DNA of 64,000 bases, from the NCBI RefSeq assembly GCF_057098645.1, contig NZ_CM169472.1, one strand, 5' to 3'. Positions 31,486 to 42,285 of this stretch are shown here, one piece after another (positions within the stretch are counted from its first letter, which is position 1; every line of letters begins with the position of its first letter). Under the pieces are notes generated by a model that was not told the origin of the DNA, made no database searches, and saw nothing but the letters and a program-made list of their open reading frames with translations. Both the position numbers and the translations under genes were made by a program.

Positions 31486-31991
31486 GGCGTTAATTCCTTT
31501 AAGGTGGTCGTTACTGCCAGCGTCAGCGCCGTTTTGACCATTCCGCTAAAACGCGCCTCTGACCAGACGGCGAAATCGGCGAACTTCATCGCTTTCAACG
31601 CGTCATAGAGCATCGCATTGCGGGTTATGCTATTGACGTTGCTGATAAAATCCCAGGTCATGTCATCGGCAAATCCGGGCGCTTCATCCTGTTCGTTCAG
31701 GTAATGCCAGAACTGGGAAAAATGAGTGATATCGGCGTACAGCCATTTATCCATTTTCCCCAGCGCATAAATCAAACGCAGCGCAACATCAATATCGTCA
31801 AGCGGGCCGCTTTGGGCAAGTAACGGCTTCACTGCATATTCCACGATCTCTTCATCGTTATCGACAAACAGCGACGGCAGAAACTGGCGTATTCCCTGGA
31901 GCAAAATAGAATGCGCAGTTTTCATAAATGAAAATAAATTGTCCTGTGCATCCAGTTGCTCAAGCACATCATCTTCTGTCAGCGTCGCCAT
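31482..31991 (-). CDS. yggD: MtlR-like putative regulator YggD
   Basis: 169 aa; MATLTEDDVLEQLDAQDNLFSFMKTAHSILLQG. Confidence 0.88.
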   Translation of the reverse strand: MATLTEDDVLEQLDAQDNLFSFMKTAHSILLQGIRQFLPSLFVDNDEEIVEYAVKPLLAQSGPLDDIDVALRLIYALGKMDKWLYADITHFSQFWHYLNEQDEAPGFADDMTWDFISNVNSITRNAMLYDALKAMKFADFAVWSEARFSGMVKTALTLAVTTTLKELTP

Positions 31992-32012
31992 TGGTCTTCC
32001 GATAGATCACCA

Positions 32013-32978
32013 TCAATGCAGGGAGTCTATTATATTACACGTTTGGTCCGCGCCGCCGATCAGTAATGTCTGCGTCCGCACCCCATTCGCCGTCTGTTGG
32101 ATACCGTTCACCAGCTCGCCGCCCGTGACGCCCGTAGCGCTAAAGAGGATATCGTTCCCCCTCACCAGTTCGTCGAGCGAGTACACACGGTTAACGTCAA
32201 CGCCCATTGCCTTGCAACGCTTGCGCTCCTGCTCTGCAATCTGCCGATTTTCCGTGTAATCCCCTTTAGCCTGACAAAAATCGATTAATTCCGCCTGCAT
32301 ATCTCCGCCTAACGCTTTGACTGCACAGGCAGAAATCACGCCTTCCGGCGCGCCGCCGATGGTGTACATCACGTCGTAAGGATTATCCTGCCAGCAGGTC
32401 AGCACGCTGGCGGCGACATCGCCATCCGGCAGGGCAAAAACTTTCACCCCCAGCTGTGTTGCTTCCTCAATCGCGGCACTCAGGCGCGGTTTATCCAGCG
32501 TAACCATGCGCAGCTTGTCCAGCGGTTTACCTAACGCCCGCGCCACGTTACGCAAGTTGTCCGCCAGAGGCAAAGACAGATCAATCGCCCCGGCAGCCAG
32601 TCGATTAACAACCAGCTTTTTCATATACATATCGGGCGCATGTAACAGGCTATCTCGAGGGGCGAAAGCCATGACCGCCAGCGCATTGCTCTGCCCCATC
32701 GCCACCATCCGCGTGCCTTCAATGGGATCAACCGCGATATCGACTTCTGGCCCATCGCCTTTGCCCACCTCTTCGCCAATCCACAGCATCGGCGCATGGT
32801 CAATTTCTCCTTCGCCGATAACCACTCGTCCACGAAAAGCGACGTCGTTTAATGCCTGGCGCATCGCGGTGACCGCCAGGCCATCAATTTTATTTTTGTC
32901 GCCACATCCGGTTTGCGGCCAGGCAGCCAACGCTGCCTGTTCCGTAACGCGAAATAATGGCCACGCCAGGGACATCAT
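32013..32978 (-). CDS. yggF: fructose-1,6-bisphosphatase class II paralogue (GlpX-like)
   Basis: 321 aa; MMSLAWPLFRVTEQAALAAWPQTGCGDKNKIDGLAVTAMRQ. Confidence 0.9.
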   Translation of the reverse strand: MMSLAWPLFRVTEQAALAAWPQTGCGDKNKIDGLAVTAMRQALNDVAFRGRVVIGEGEIDHAPMLWIGEEVGKGDGPEVDIAVDPIEGTRMVAMGQSNALAVMAFAPRDSLLHAPDMYMKKLVVNRLAAGAIDLSLPLADNLRNVARALGKPLDKLRMVTLDKPRLSAAIEEATQLGVKVFALPDGDVAASVLTCWQDNPYDVMYTIGGAPEGVISACAVKALGGDMQAELIDFCQAKGDYTENRQIAEQERKRCKAMGVDVNRVYSLDELVRGNDILFSATGVTGGELVNGIQQTANGVRTQTLLIGGADQTCNIIDSLH

Positions 32979-34252
32979 TGCGCGGCCTCCCCGATATCAA
33001 CGCCAAATTGTGCCAGCAGATATTTCTCGGCCTGTTCATTCCAGATGCCGTGCGTTTCCTCAACCAGCCGCGCCAACTCTTTAAACAGCGGATCGGTTTT
33101 GCCTTTTTCGGCAAAATCGGCAATGGCAGTGAGCGGCATGGTCACGCCGTTATAAATGAGTTTTTTACCGCCAGGGATATCCGGCAGATTGAGCACGGTT
33201 TCTGGCACCGCATCCAGGCCACCGATATGGGTCACCATAAACGACGGCTGTAACTGCCCAGTGGCGCTAAGGGCAATCGCCTCTTTCATGTCGTCCGTTG
33301 AACCGCCGGATGTACCGACGACGTGCGTGCTGTTGTAATGAACGTTGTAGAAATTAAACGGCACTTTGAAGTTTTTATCCGTCGGCCCGGCAAAGAAGTT
33401 CAGACAGCCATCTTCCGCCAGTAATTCATCAGCCATCTCAACGACAGCAGGCACCGCCGCATAAACAAAAATGTCATCGAACCCGGCATCTCCTGTCAGC
33501 GCCCGCAGCATCTGGACAGGATCGCTCATCCCTTTGGTATTCACATACACCAGCTCAATGCCTTTACTGGCCGCCAGTTCCACCGGCAGCAGCTTCTGTA
33601 CCTGCGCCAGACGTTTGTCGTCGATATCGACCACCACCACCCGCGACGGTTGTATGCCGCCGTTAATGGCGTAATCGATAGCGCCAATGCCCATCGGACC
33701 TGCACACGCCAGCAGTGCAATATTGCCGCCAGGTTTGACGCCCATGCGATGCTCATAAACATATTGCGTGGTGTGATAATTGGCATGATAAGCACCAATA
33801 ATGCAGCACATAGGCTCTGCCAGCGACGCCGCAGCAAAATAAGAGCCGTGATACGGTAATACGCAGCCCAAATTAATGGCGATTTCGGGAATAATCATAT
33901 AAGTGGCATTGCCGCCAAAATATTCGTAGCTGTAGCCCGCTGAATATCCGCTTGGTAACCCCATCGCCGGTTGCAATACAAAACGCTGGCCTTTTTTATA
34001 TTTGCCAGTGAGATTTTTACCCACTTCGACAATAACCCCGGCACATTCATGCCCGGTAATGACCGGATGATTTTCTAAATCGTCGGGTACGCGTTTATGT
34101 TCACTACCGAGTAACGCCGCTTTCCAGGTGGATAAACAGACGCTGTCAGAAATCACACTCACCAGTAATTCATTATCGGTAATTTCTGGCAGTTCAAATT
34201 CGCGCAGACGGACATCCCGCTTGCCATAAATAGCAACAACTTTGGTTTTCAT
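32975..34252 (-). CDS. yggP: zinc-type alcohol dehydrogenase-like protein YggP
   Basis: 425 aa; MKTKVVAIYGKRDVRLREFELPEITDNELLVSVISDSVCLSTWKAALLG. Confidence 0.88.
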   Translation of the reverse strand: MKTKVVAIYGKRDVRLREFELPEITDNELLVSVISDSVCLSTWKAALLGSEHKRVPDDLENHPVITGHECAGVIVEVGKNLTGKYKKGQRFVLQPAMGLPSGYSAGYSYEYFGGNATYMIIPEIAINLGCVLPYHGSYFAAASLAEPMCCIIGAYHANYHTTQYVYEHRMGVKPGGNIALLACAGPMGIGAIDYAINGGIQPSRVVVVDIDDKRLAQVQKLLPVELAASKGIELVYVNTKGMSDPVQMLRALTGDAGFDDIFVYAAVPAVVEMADELLAEDGCLNFFAGPTDKNFKVPFNFYNVHYNSTHVVGTSGGSTDDMKEAIALSATGQLQPSFMVTHIGGLDAVPETVLNLPDIPGGKKLIYNGVTMPLTAIADFAEKGKTDPLFKELARLVEETHGIWNEQAEKYLLAQFGVDIGEAAQ

Positions 34253-34266
34253 TTTTACCTCTGTAA

Positions 34267-35655
34267 TCAGTGTTTATGTTCGGCGGTTAATTGATTAAAT
34301 AAAGTGTCGAGTTTTGGATCGCCAATATAGTTATTAATCAATATCAGTGGTTTATCCGTCACACGTTTCACGCGCCCTTCCAGACTGGCGTGAGTGACGA
34401 CAATATCCGCATCCGCAGGCACGTTTTCTATAGCGTAATGTTTAACCTCTATTGCCAGCCCGGCTTTTTCCAGACGTTTGCGGAAGGTGGTCGCGCCCAT
34501 CGCACTCGATCCCATCCCCGCATCGCAAACAAAGGCAATACGCTTAACCCTGCTTAACGAGAATGCACCTTCTTGTTTCATCGCCTTAACCGCATTGGCT
34601 GACTGAGCAAACTCATCTTCGCTCTCCGTTTCCACCGTTTTTTCCATCTTCAGTATCAGCGAAGTAATAGCAAAGGACACCAGGGTACCTACCGTAACAC
34701 CGGCAATTGTCGCCAGGAACGAGCCTTTCGGCGTCAGTGCCAGGTAAGCAAAGATAGACCCCGGACTTGGGCCAGCCACCAGACCACCGTCCAGTAAGTT
34801 AAACATCCAGGTGCCAGACATACCGCCCGCAATCATGGCAATAATAGTCAGCGGCTTCATCAGCACATATGGGAAATACAGTTCGTGGATCCCACCGAGG
34901 AAGTGAATAATCATCGCCCCGGGCGCAGAACGTTTACTCATCCCTTTACCAAACAAGGTAAACGCCAGCAGCAGCCCCAGGCCCGGACCTGGGTTAGAGG
35001 CCACCATAAAGAAGATGGATTTACCGTTAACCGAAGCCTGTTGCATTCCCAGCGGATAATAGACGCCCTGATCGATCGCATTATTAAGGAAAAGCACTTT
35101 CGCCGGTTCATTGATGACTGACAGCAGAGGCAGATAACCCGCATGTACCAGCGCCTCAATACACTCTTTGACGAAAGTATTGGCAATTAACACCGCCGGG
35201 CCGATCACTTCAAAACCCAGCAGACAAAGGAGCATCCCCGCGATACCTAATGAGAAGTTATTGATAACCATCTCAAAACCGGCAGGTATGCGTTTTTCCA
35301 GTGCCTTATCAACATATTTTATGACCAGCCCACCGAGCGGCCCCATAATCATTGAGCCAAGGAACATCGGGATCTCTGCGCCGACGATCACACCAATAGT
35401 ACCTATTCCGCCCATGACCGCGCCGCGTTTACCGCCGACCAGATGACCACCGGTAGAACCAATCATCACGGGCAATAAATAGGTAATCATCGGGCCGACA
35501 ATTTTGGCGAAATGTTCGTTAGGCAGCCAACCGGTGGGAATAAATAACGCAGTAATAAAACCCCAGGCAATAAAAGCACCAATATTGGGGATGACCATTG
35601 CAGTCAAAAAGCCCCCAAAAGCCTGGACCTTTGCACGAGCAGACTTGTTTTCCAT
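34267..35655 (-). CDS. cmtA: cryptic mannitol-type PTS EIICB component
   Basis: 462 aa; multi-TM EIIC plus C-terminal EIIB (VCDAGMGSSAMG). Confidence 0.9.
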   Translation of the reverse strand: MENKSARAKVQAFGGFLTAMVIPNIGAFIAWGFITALFIPTGWLPNEHFAKIVGPMITYLLPVMIGSTGGHLVGGKRGAVMGGIGTIGVIVGAEIPMFLGSMIMGPLGGLVIKYVDKALEKRIPAGFEMVINNFSLGIAGMLLCLLGFEVIGPAVLIANTFVKECIEALVHAGYLPLLSVINEPAKVLFLNNAIDQGVYYPLGMQQASVNGKSIFFMVASNPGPGLGLLLAFTLFGKGMSKRSAPGAMIIHFLGGIHELYFPYVLMKPLTIIAMIAGGMSGTWMFNLLDGGLVAGPSPGSIFAYLALTPKGSFLATIAGVTVGTLVSFAITSLILKMEKTVETESEDEFAQSANAVKAMKQEGAFSLSRVKRIAFVCDAGMGSSAMGATTFRKRLEKAGLAIEVKHYAIENVPADADIVVTHASLEGRVKRVTDKPLILINNYIGDPKLDTLFNQLTAEHKH

Positions 35656-35682
35656 AATATTATCCTATAGAGGAGAGAGTAA

Positions 35683-36126
35683 TTATCCGCGGCTGATAAT
35701 GTCCGCTAATTGTTTTTCTGATGATGCTGTTAAGAGTTGTTCGAGTATTTCTTCTTCGCACAGTAATTCACTTAACGCCTGAATAGCGCCAATGTGCGAA
35801 TCGGCATCGGCAGCAGAGAGTCCGATGAGTAATTTAATTGGTTCGTCATTCCCCGGAAAATAAACACCTTGTTCAAGTAATGTCAAAGACATCCCGGTTT
35901 TAAGCGCCCCACATTCCGGTCGCGCATGAGGCATTGCCACGCCTGGTGCGAGAATATAATAAGGGCCATTGTTAATGGTGGAATCTTTAATTGCCTGAAT
36001 GTAATTCTCGCTGATGTTGTTTTTATCCAGCAATGATACCATCGAGAAATCGATAGCTTCCTGCCAATCTTTTGCTGAATGTATAACTGAGATTGATGAT
36101 TCTGGAAAATAATCACTAAGCCGCAT
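35683..36126 (-). CDS. cmtB: cryptic mannitol-type PTS EIIA component
   Basis: 147 aa; MRLSDYFPESSISVIHSAKDWQEAIDFSMVSLL. Confidence 0.9.
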   Translation of the reverse strand: MRLSDYFPESSISVIHSAKDWQEAIDFSMVSLLDKNNISENYIQAIKDSTINNGPYYILAPGVAMPHARPECGALKTGMSLTLLEQGVYFPGNDEPIKLLIGLSAADADSHIGAIQALSELLCEEEILEQLLTASSEKQLADIISRG

Positions 36127-36550
36127 AAATTATCCTTATTTTTAGGGTACCGTCCGGCGGTAAAAATAAAATACTCGTGCGGTTTAATGAAAGCAATTGG
36201 GTACGCGAGAAGAAAAACCCCATAAACCAAAATAATAAAACCTTAAATAACAACAATATGAAATTGATATTTTTAAAGTCAACTTTGTATTTGTTATGTT
36301 TATCACAAAATCAACATTTTGTTTGTTATTGTATTTGTGATGCATATCTCTATTTATTTATTGAATGTTCGAAAACATACTTTTCTAATACAATGTTTTT
36401 TCGCTATACCCCTTTATAGATTCTGAATTCTCACCTGTCGGCTGTTTTCTCCTCATCTCATGTGACATATTCCCACACTTTACTCAAGGAAGATTGTCAT
36501 GAAAGCACTGAACCGCCCCGGGTTTCCTGGAGAGTATTTTATCTGTGAAC

Positions 36551-37438
36551 TCAGGCTGCCAGATCATTATTTCCGATGGAAGCATAATAAGCTTTTTCTG
36601 CTTCTGCCGGAGGAATATGGCCCAGCCTTTCCAGCAATCGTCGATTGTTATACCAGTCCACCCACGTGAGTGTGGCCAGTTCCACTTCTGCACGGTTTTT
36701 CCAGCTCTTACGGTGTATTACCTCCGCTTTGTAAAGACCATTGATGCTCTCCGCCATCGCGTTGTCATACGAGTCGCCAGTACTCCCTGTTGATGCCAGT
36801 AATCCGGCTTCCTTAAGCCGCTGCGTGTAGGCCAGCGATACATACTGAGAACCTTTATCACTGTGATGGATTGTGCCGGACGGCCGACGGGCCCACAACG
36901 CCTGCTCCAGTGCATCCAGCACGAATGTTGTTTCCATGGATGATGAGACCTGCCATCCCACGATGTATCCGGCGAACACATCAATGATGAACGCCACATA
37001 AACGAAGCCCCGCCATGTGCTGACGTAAGTAAAATCAGCCACCCACAGCTGGTCAGGTCGTTCTGCCACGAACTGACGGTTTACGCGGTCGCCTGCGGCA
37101 ACGGCTTTCCGGCTGATGGTCGTACGGACCTTTTTACCCCGGAGAACACCGGCAAGTCCCATAACCGCCATGAGACGTGCCACAGTGCATCTGGCCACTC
37201 TGATACCTTCCCGTAACAACTGACGCCAGACTTTACGCACACCGTATACCTTGTGATTTTCATCGTATACGCGCTGTATCTCTCTCTTCAGCCAGTCATC
37301 GCGCTGAGCACGGGCACTGCGTTTATCAGGATGATGTCGCTGTTGCTGACAGTGGTAATACGTTGACGGGGCAATATGCAGTTCACTGCATACCGGTCCG
37401 ACCCCGTACTGCTCACGCAGCTTATCCAGCAGCGGCAT
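36551..37438 (-). CDS. IS629 transposase OrfB (DDE catalytic part; expressed as OrfAB via -1 frameshift at A-run)
   Basis: 295 aa; DDE-type integrase core; orfA stop and orfB ATG share one nucleotide (TAATG) next to AAAAAA slippery run. Confidence 0.9.
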   Translation of the reverse strand: MPLLDKLREQYGVGPVCSELHIAPSTYYHCQQQRHHPDKRSARAQRDDWLKREIQRVYDENHKVYGVRKVWRQLLREGIRVARCTVARLMAVMGLAGVLRGKKVRTTISRKAVAAGDRVNRQFVAERPDQLWVADFTYVSTWRGFVYVAFIIDVFAGYIVGWQVSSSMETTFVLDALEQALWARRPSGTIHHSDKGSQYVSLAYTQRLKEAGLLASTGSTGDSYDNAMAESINGLYKAEVIHRKSWKNRAEVELATLTWVDWYNNRRLLERLGHIPPAEAEKAYYASIGNNDLAA

Positions 37439-37764
37439 TATTTTTTCCAGAGGCGGTCGAACTCCGCCTTCGCAAAATAAGCGGAAGCCTGGCGAAGGAT
37501 ATCGTTACTGCGGCGCAGTTCACGATTTTCACGTTCCAGCTCTTTCAGACGCTGACGTTCAGCGGTGGTGAGTCCACCATCACCACTCCCGGTATCCCGC
37601 TCATGCTGGCGAACCCAGACACGCAGAGTCTCCGGCGTACAGCCAATCTTTGGGGCAATGGAACAAATTGCCGCCCACTGTGAGTCATATTCATCCTGAC
37701 TTTCCAGAACCATACGAATCGCCCGCTGACGGACTTCGGGGGAAAAACGAGTATTTTTAGTCAT
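37438..37764 (-). CDS. IS629 transposase OrfA (HTH part)
   Basis: 108 aa; [57 protein letters not shown]. Confidence 0.9.
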   Translation of the reverse strand: MTKNTRFSPEVRQRAIRMVLESQDEYDSQWAAICSIAPKIGCTPETLRVWVRQHERDTGSGDGGLTTAERQRLKELERENRELRRSNDILRQASAYFAKAEFDRLWKK

Positions 37765-38719
37765 CCTGTTTACCTCTTTCTCAGGGAGTTTAGTCTCCAG
37801 GATTTCCGGGGCGGTTCACACCTGTTTCATTAACCTCATTTCGCCCACAAAAATCTCTTGCTATCGCCATTGGCGTGCTTGCCGTGGTTGTGCTGCCATT
37901 TCTCTCGTATTACACCGTTAATGAAGGTGAACGCGGCATTTTGCTGCGCTACGGAAAAATCGTAAAAGTTGCCGAGCCGGGTCTGGGTTTTAAGATCCCG
38001 TTTATGGAAAGCGTGGAGAAAATTTCCACGCGTAATCAGGCTGTGGTCTATCAGGGATTACAGGCCTACAGCCGCGACCAGCAACCGGCACAAATGACAG
38101 TATCAGTCAGCTTCCACATTAAACCTTCAGAAGCAGGCGCGGTTTATACCACCTACAACACCATTGAAGCATTAAAAGATCGTCTGATTGTCCGTCAGTT
38201 GCCAACTCAACTGGAGAACGTTTTCGGCCAATATACCGCCATCAGCGCTGTACAGGATCGTACAAAACTGGTTCAGGATCTGCAAAATGCCATGCGCAAA
38301 GCCGTTGTTGGGCCAGTGGTAATTGACGGGGTCCAGATTGAAAATATTGATTTTTCTGACGCTTATGAAAAGTCGATTGAAGACCGAATGAAAGCAGAAG
38401 TCGCCATTGCCACGCGTAAGCAAAATCTGGAAACAGAGAAAATCCAGGCGCAAATAGCGGTAACTCAGGCCCAGGCAGAAGCAGACAGTAAACTGGCGGC
38501 AGCCAAAGCAGAAGCGGAAACTATTCGCGTAAGAGGCGCGGCAGAGGCTGAAACTATTCGTTTAAAAAGTGCGGCTGAAGCAGAAGCAATCCGCCTGCGC
38601 GGTGAAGCTCTGCGGGATAATCCCGGACTTGTAGCCCTCACCACTGCCGAACGTTGGGACGGTAAACTGCCCGATACCATGATCCCCGGCAGCACAGTTC
38701 CGTTTATCTCTACTAAGTA

Positions 38720-38748
38720 AAAAAAGGGCCGCTTTCGCGGCCCTTGAG
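38720..38748 (+). terminator. rho-independent-like hairpin after SPFH gene (AAAAAGGGCCGCTTTCGCGGCCCTT)
   Basis: GC hairpin directly after stop codon; same 21-nt hairpin recurs at 38897-38925. Confidence 0.55.
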
Positions 38749-38756
38749 AGTGATGG

Positions 38757-38890
<134 letters not shown>

Positions 38891-38896
38891 TAATCT

Positions 38897-38925
38897 AAAG
38901 GGCCGCTTTCGCGGCCCTTCTCACA
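38897..38925 (-). terminator. tktA terminator hairpin (AAGGGCCGCTTTCGCGGCCCTT)
   Basis: hairpin immediately downstream of tktA stop; bidirectional. Confidence 0.6.
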
Positions 38926-38939
38926 AAACGTCTTACTGA

Positions 38940-40931
38940 TTACAGCAGCGCTTTTGCTTTCGCAACAACGTTGTCAACGGTGAAGCCGAACTCTTCGAAC
39001 AGCAACTCTGCCGGAGCTGACTCACCGAAGGTGGTCATACCGATGATAGCGCCATTCAGGCCAACATACTTGTACCAGTAGTCAGCAATACCCGCTTCCA
39101 CCGCAACGCGTGCAGTAACAGCTTTCGGCAGGACAGACTCACGGTAAGCCGCGTCCTGCTTGTCGAATGCGTCGGTAGACGGCATGGAAACCACGCGCGC
39201 TTTCACGCCTTCGGCAGTCAGTTTTTCGTATGCAGCGACAGCCAGTTCAACTTCAGAACCAGTAGCGATGAAGATCAGTTCCGGCTGGCCGGCACAGTCT
39301 TTCAGCACATAACCACCGCGCGCGATGTTTGCCAGTTGCTCTTCAGTACGCTCCTGCTGCGCCAGGTTCTGACGGGAGAGGATCAGCGCGGTCGGACCGT
39401 CCTGACGCTCAACACCGTATTTCCACGCGACCGCGGATTCAACCTGGTCACACGGACGCCATGTAGACATGTTCGGGGTCACGCGCAGAGAAGCGACCTG
39501 CTCAACCGGCTGGTGAGTCGGGCCGTCTTCGCCCAGACCGATGGAGTCGTGGGTGTAAACCATCACCTGACGCTGTTTCATCAGCGCAGCCATACGTACG
39601 GCGTTACGTGCGTATTCCACGAACATCAGGAAGGTGGAGGTGTACGGCAGGAAGCCACCGTGCAGGGAGATACCGTTAGCAATCGCGGTCATACCGAACT
39701 CGCGAACACCGTAGTGGATGTAGTTACCCGCAGCATCTTCGTTGATTGCTTTAGAACCAGACCACAGGGTCAGGTTAGACGGTGCCAGGTCAGCGGAGCC
39801 GCCGAGGAATTCCGGCAACAGCGGGCCGAACGCTTCGATAGCATTCTGCGACGCTTTACGGCTGGCGATTTTCGCCGGATTAGCCTGCAGTTTAGCGATA
39901 AACTCTTTCGCTTTGGCGTCGAAGTCAGACGGCATTTCGCCTTTCATACGGCGGGTAAATTCAGCTGCTTCCTGCGGATAAGCTTTCGCGTAAGCCGCAA
40001 ACTTCTCATTCCATGCAGATTCTTTCGCCTGGCCTGCTTCTTTCGCATCCCACTGAGCATAGATTTCAGACGGGATTTCGAACGGTGCGTATTTCCAGCC
40101 CAGCTGTTCGCGGGTCAGAGCGATTTCTGCATCACCCAGCGGCGCACCGTGGGAGTCGTGAGTACCGGCTTTGTTCGGGGAACCGAAACCGATGATGGTT
40201 TTGCACATCAGCAGGGACGGTTTGTCAGTCACTGCGCGCGCTTCTTCTACTGCGCGTTTGATGGATGCTGCGTCATGACCGTCGATGTCGCGAATAACGT
40301 GCCAGCCGTAAGCTTCGAAACGCATTGCGGTGTCGTCGGTGAACCAGCCTTCAACGTGACCATCAATAGAGATACCGTTGTCATCGTAGAACGCAATCAG
40401 TTTACCCAGCTTCAGCGTACCCGCCAGAGAGCAAACTTCGTGGGAGATGCCTTCCATCATGCAGCCGTCGCCCATGAAGGCGTAGGTGTAGTGGTCGACA
40501 ATGTCGTGGCCCGGACGGTTAAACTGCGCCGCCAGCGTTTTTTCTGCAATCGCCATACCTACTGCGTTGGCAATACCCTGCCCCAGCGGACCGGTGGTGG
40601 TTTCCACACCAGCGGTGTAACCCACTTCCGGGTGGCCCGGAGTTTTAGAGTGCAGCTGACGGAAGTTTTTCAGTTCTTCCATCGGCAGATCGTAACCGGT
40701 GAGGTGCAGCAGGCTGTAGATCAGCATGGAGCCGTGGCCGTTGGACAGCACGAAGCGGTCACGGTCAGCCCAGGACGGATTCTGCGGGTTGTGTTTCAGG
40801 AAATCACGCCACAGGACTTCGGCAATGTCAGCCATACCCATAGGGGCACCAGGGTGACCGGATTTGGCTTTCTGTACTGCGTCCATGCTCAGCGCACGAA
40901 TAGCATTGGCAAGCTCTTTACGTGAGGACAT
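38940..40931 (-). CDS. tktA: transketolase 1
   Basis: ORF 38940..40961 trimmed to [41 protein letters not shown] (663 aa). Confidence 0.97.
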   Translation of the reverse strand: MSSRKELANAIRALSMDAVQKAKSGHPGAPMGMADIAEVLWRDFLKHNPQNPSWADRDRFVLSNGHGSMLIYSLLHLTGYDLPMEELKNFRQLHSKTPGHPEVGYTAGVETTTGPLGQGIANAVGMAIAEKTLAAQFNRPGHDIVDHYTYAFMGDGCMMEGISHEVCSLAGTLKLGKLIAFYDDNGISIDGHVEGWFTDDTAMRFEAYGWHVIRDIDGHDAASIKRAVEEARAVTDKPSLLMCKTIIGFGSPNKAGTHDSHGAPLGDAEIALTREQLGWKYAPFEIPSEIYAQWDAKEAGQAKESAWNEKFAAYAKAYPQEAAEFTRRMKGEMPSDFDAKAKEFIAKLQANPAKIASRKASQNAIEAFGPLLPEFLGGSADLAPSNLTLWSGSKAINEDAAGNYIHYGVREFGMTAIANGISLHGGFLPYTSTFLMFVEYARNAVRMAALMKQRQVMVYTHDSIGLGEDGPTHQPVEQVASLRVTPNMSTWRPCDQVESAVAWKYGVERQDGPTALILSRQNLAQQERTEEQLANIARGGYVLKDCAGQPELIFIATGSEVELAVAAYEKLTAEGVKARVVSMPSTDAFDKQDAAYRESVLPKAVTARVAVEAGIADYWYKYVGLNGAIIGMTTFGESAPAELLFEEFGFTVDNVVAKAKALL

Positions 40932-41208
40932 TTTGACTCCAGATCGGATGATGAAGGGCACGCCCTTAACGACTTGACGACAGCGCGTTTTGGGCTACGC
41001 CGGAAAATTTGCCAACAATTTACCGCAAGCCGCGCGTCATGTACATGGAACATCCTTTTGCTGCTTCAGAAATCTCTGGATCATGCTCGCATGTTGCGCA
41101 ATCTACTCGCCCGTCCGCTGCGCTTTTCCTTATACTGAGACTGAGCGTCGGTTCACCTGCAAACGGCGCATTTTTAGAATAATCCTGACCTTGTGCGGAA
41201 GAAAAAAC

Positions 41209-41967
41209 ATGAAAATTCGCGCCTTATTGGTAGCAATGAGCGTGGCAACGGTACTGACCGGTTGCCAGAATATGGACTCCAACGGACTGCTCTCATCAGG
41301 AGCGGAGGCTTTTCAGGCTTACAGTTTGAGTGATGCGCAGGTGAAAACCCTGAGCGATCAGGCATGTCAGGAGATGGACAGCAAGGCGACGATTGCGCCA
41401 GCCAATAGCGAATACGCTAAACGTCTGACAACTATTGCCAATGCGCTAGGCAACAATATCAACGGTCAGCCGGTAAATTACAAAGTGTATATGGCGAAGG
41501 ATGTGAACGCCTTTGCAATGGCTAACGGCTGTATCCGCGTCTATAGCGGGCTGATGGATATGATGACGGATAACGAAGTCGAAGCGGTGATCGGTCACGA
41601 AATGGGGCACGTGGCGTTAGGCCATGTGAAGAAAGGGATGCAGGTGGCACTTGGTACAAATGCCGTGCGAGTAGCTGCGGCCTCTGCGGGCGGGATTGTC
41701 GGCAGTTTATCTCAATCACAACTCGGTGATCTGGGCGAGAAATTAGTTAATTCGCAATTCTCCCAGCGCCAGGAAGCAGAAGCCGATGATTATTCTTACG
41801 ATCTTCTGCGCCAACGCGGCATCAGCCCGGCAGGTCTTGCCACCAGCTTTGAAAAACTGGCGAAACTGGAAGAAGGCCGCCAAAGCTCAATGTTTGACGA
41901 CCATCCGGCATCCGCCGAACGCGCCCAGCATATTCGCGATCGTATGAGCGCGGACGGGATTAAGTAA
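41209..41967 (+). CDS. loiP: M48-family metalloprotease LoiP (YggG), lipoprotein
   Basis: ORF 40990..41967 trimmed to MKIRALLVAMSVATVLTGCQNMDS (252 aa); HEMGH zinc motif. Confidence 0.92.
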   Translation: MKIRALLVAMSVATVLTGCQNMDSNGLLSSGAEAFQAYSLSDAQVKTLSDQACQEMDSKATIAPANSEYAKRLTTIANALGNNINGQPVNYKVYMAKDVNAFAMANGCIRVYSGLMDMMTDNEVEAVIGHEMGHVALGHVKKGMQVALGTNAVRVAAASAGGIVGSLSQSQLGDLGEKLVNSQFSQRQEAEADDYSYDLLRQRGISPAGLATSFEKLAKLEEGRQSSMFDDHPASAERAQHIRDRMSADGIK

Positions 41968-41974
41968 GGCATGG

Positions 41975-42275
<301 letters not shown>

Positions 42276-42285
42276 CATCCGGCGC

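Larger units (their letters stand above)
36509..37818 (-). mobile_element. IS629-like (IS3 family) insertion sequence, complete, 1310 bp
   Basis: imperfect terminal inverted repeats TGAACCGCCCCGG(GTT/AAA)TCCTGGAGA at both ends; orfA and orfB in -1 frame arrangement; 3-bp direct repeat CAC at 36506-36508 and 37819-37821. Confidence 0.9.
36499..38720 (+). pseudogene. SPFH/band-7 (flotillin/HflC-like) membrane protein gene split after codon 3 by IS629; reconstructed product about 302 aa
   Basis: ATG at 36499 with AAGGA RBS, 10 nt of CDS, then IS; joining 36499-36508 to 37822 onward gives MKAPVSLTSFRPQKSLAIAIGVLAVVVLPFLSYYTVNEGERG continuous with ORF 37875..38720; C-terminal Ala/Glu-rich coiled coil. 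Confidence 0.8.

Noticed and set aside
36177-36419. 80-aa ORF in the AT-rich cmtB upstream spacer
   Set aside because: Asn/Lys/Leu-rich translation of AT-rich DNA, no RBS; treated as non-coding promoter DNA.
39336-40925. 529-aa plus-strand ORF antisense to tktA, and similar long antisense ORFs inside fbaA (24027..25001), pepP (5123..5827), speB (42133..43149), ansB (59945..60862), metK (47143..47763)
   Set aside because: They lie entirely within well-supported conserved genes on the other strand, have Arg/His/Val-rich low-complexity composition and no RBS; typical shadow ORFs of GC-rich coding DNA.
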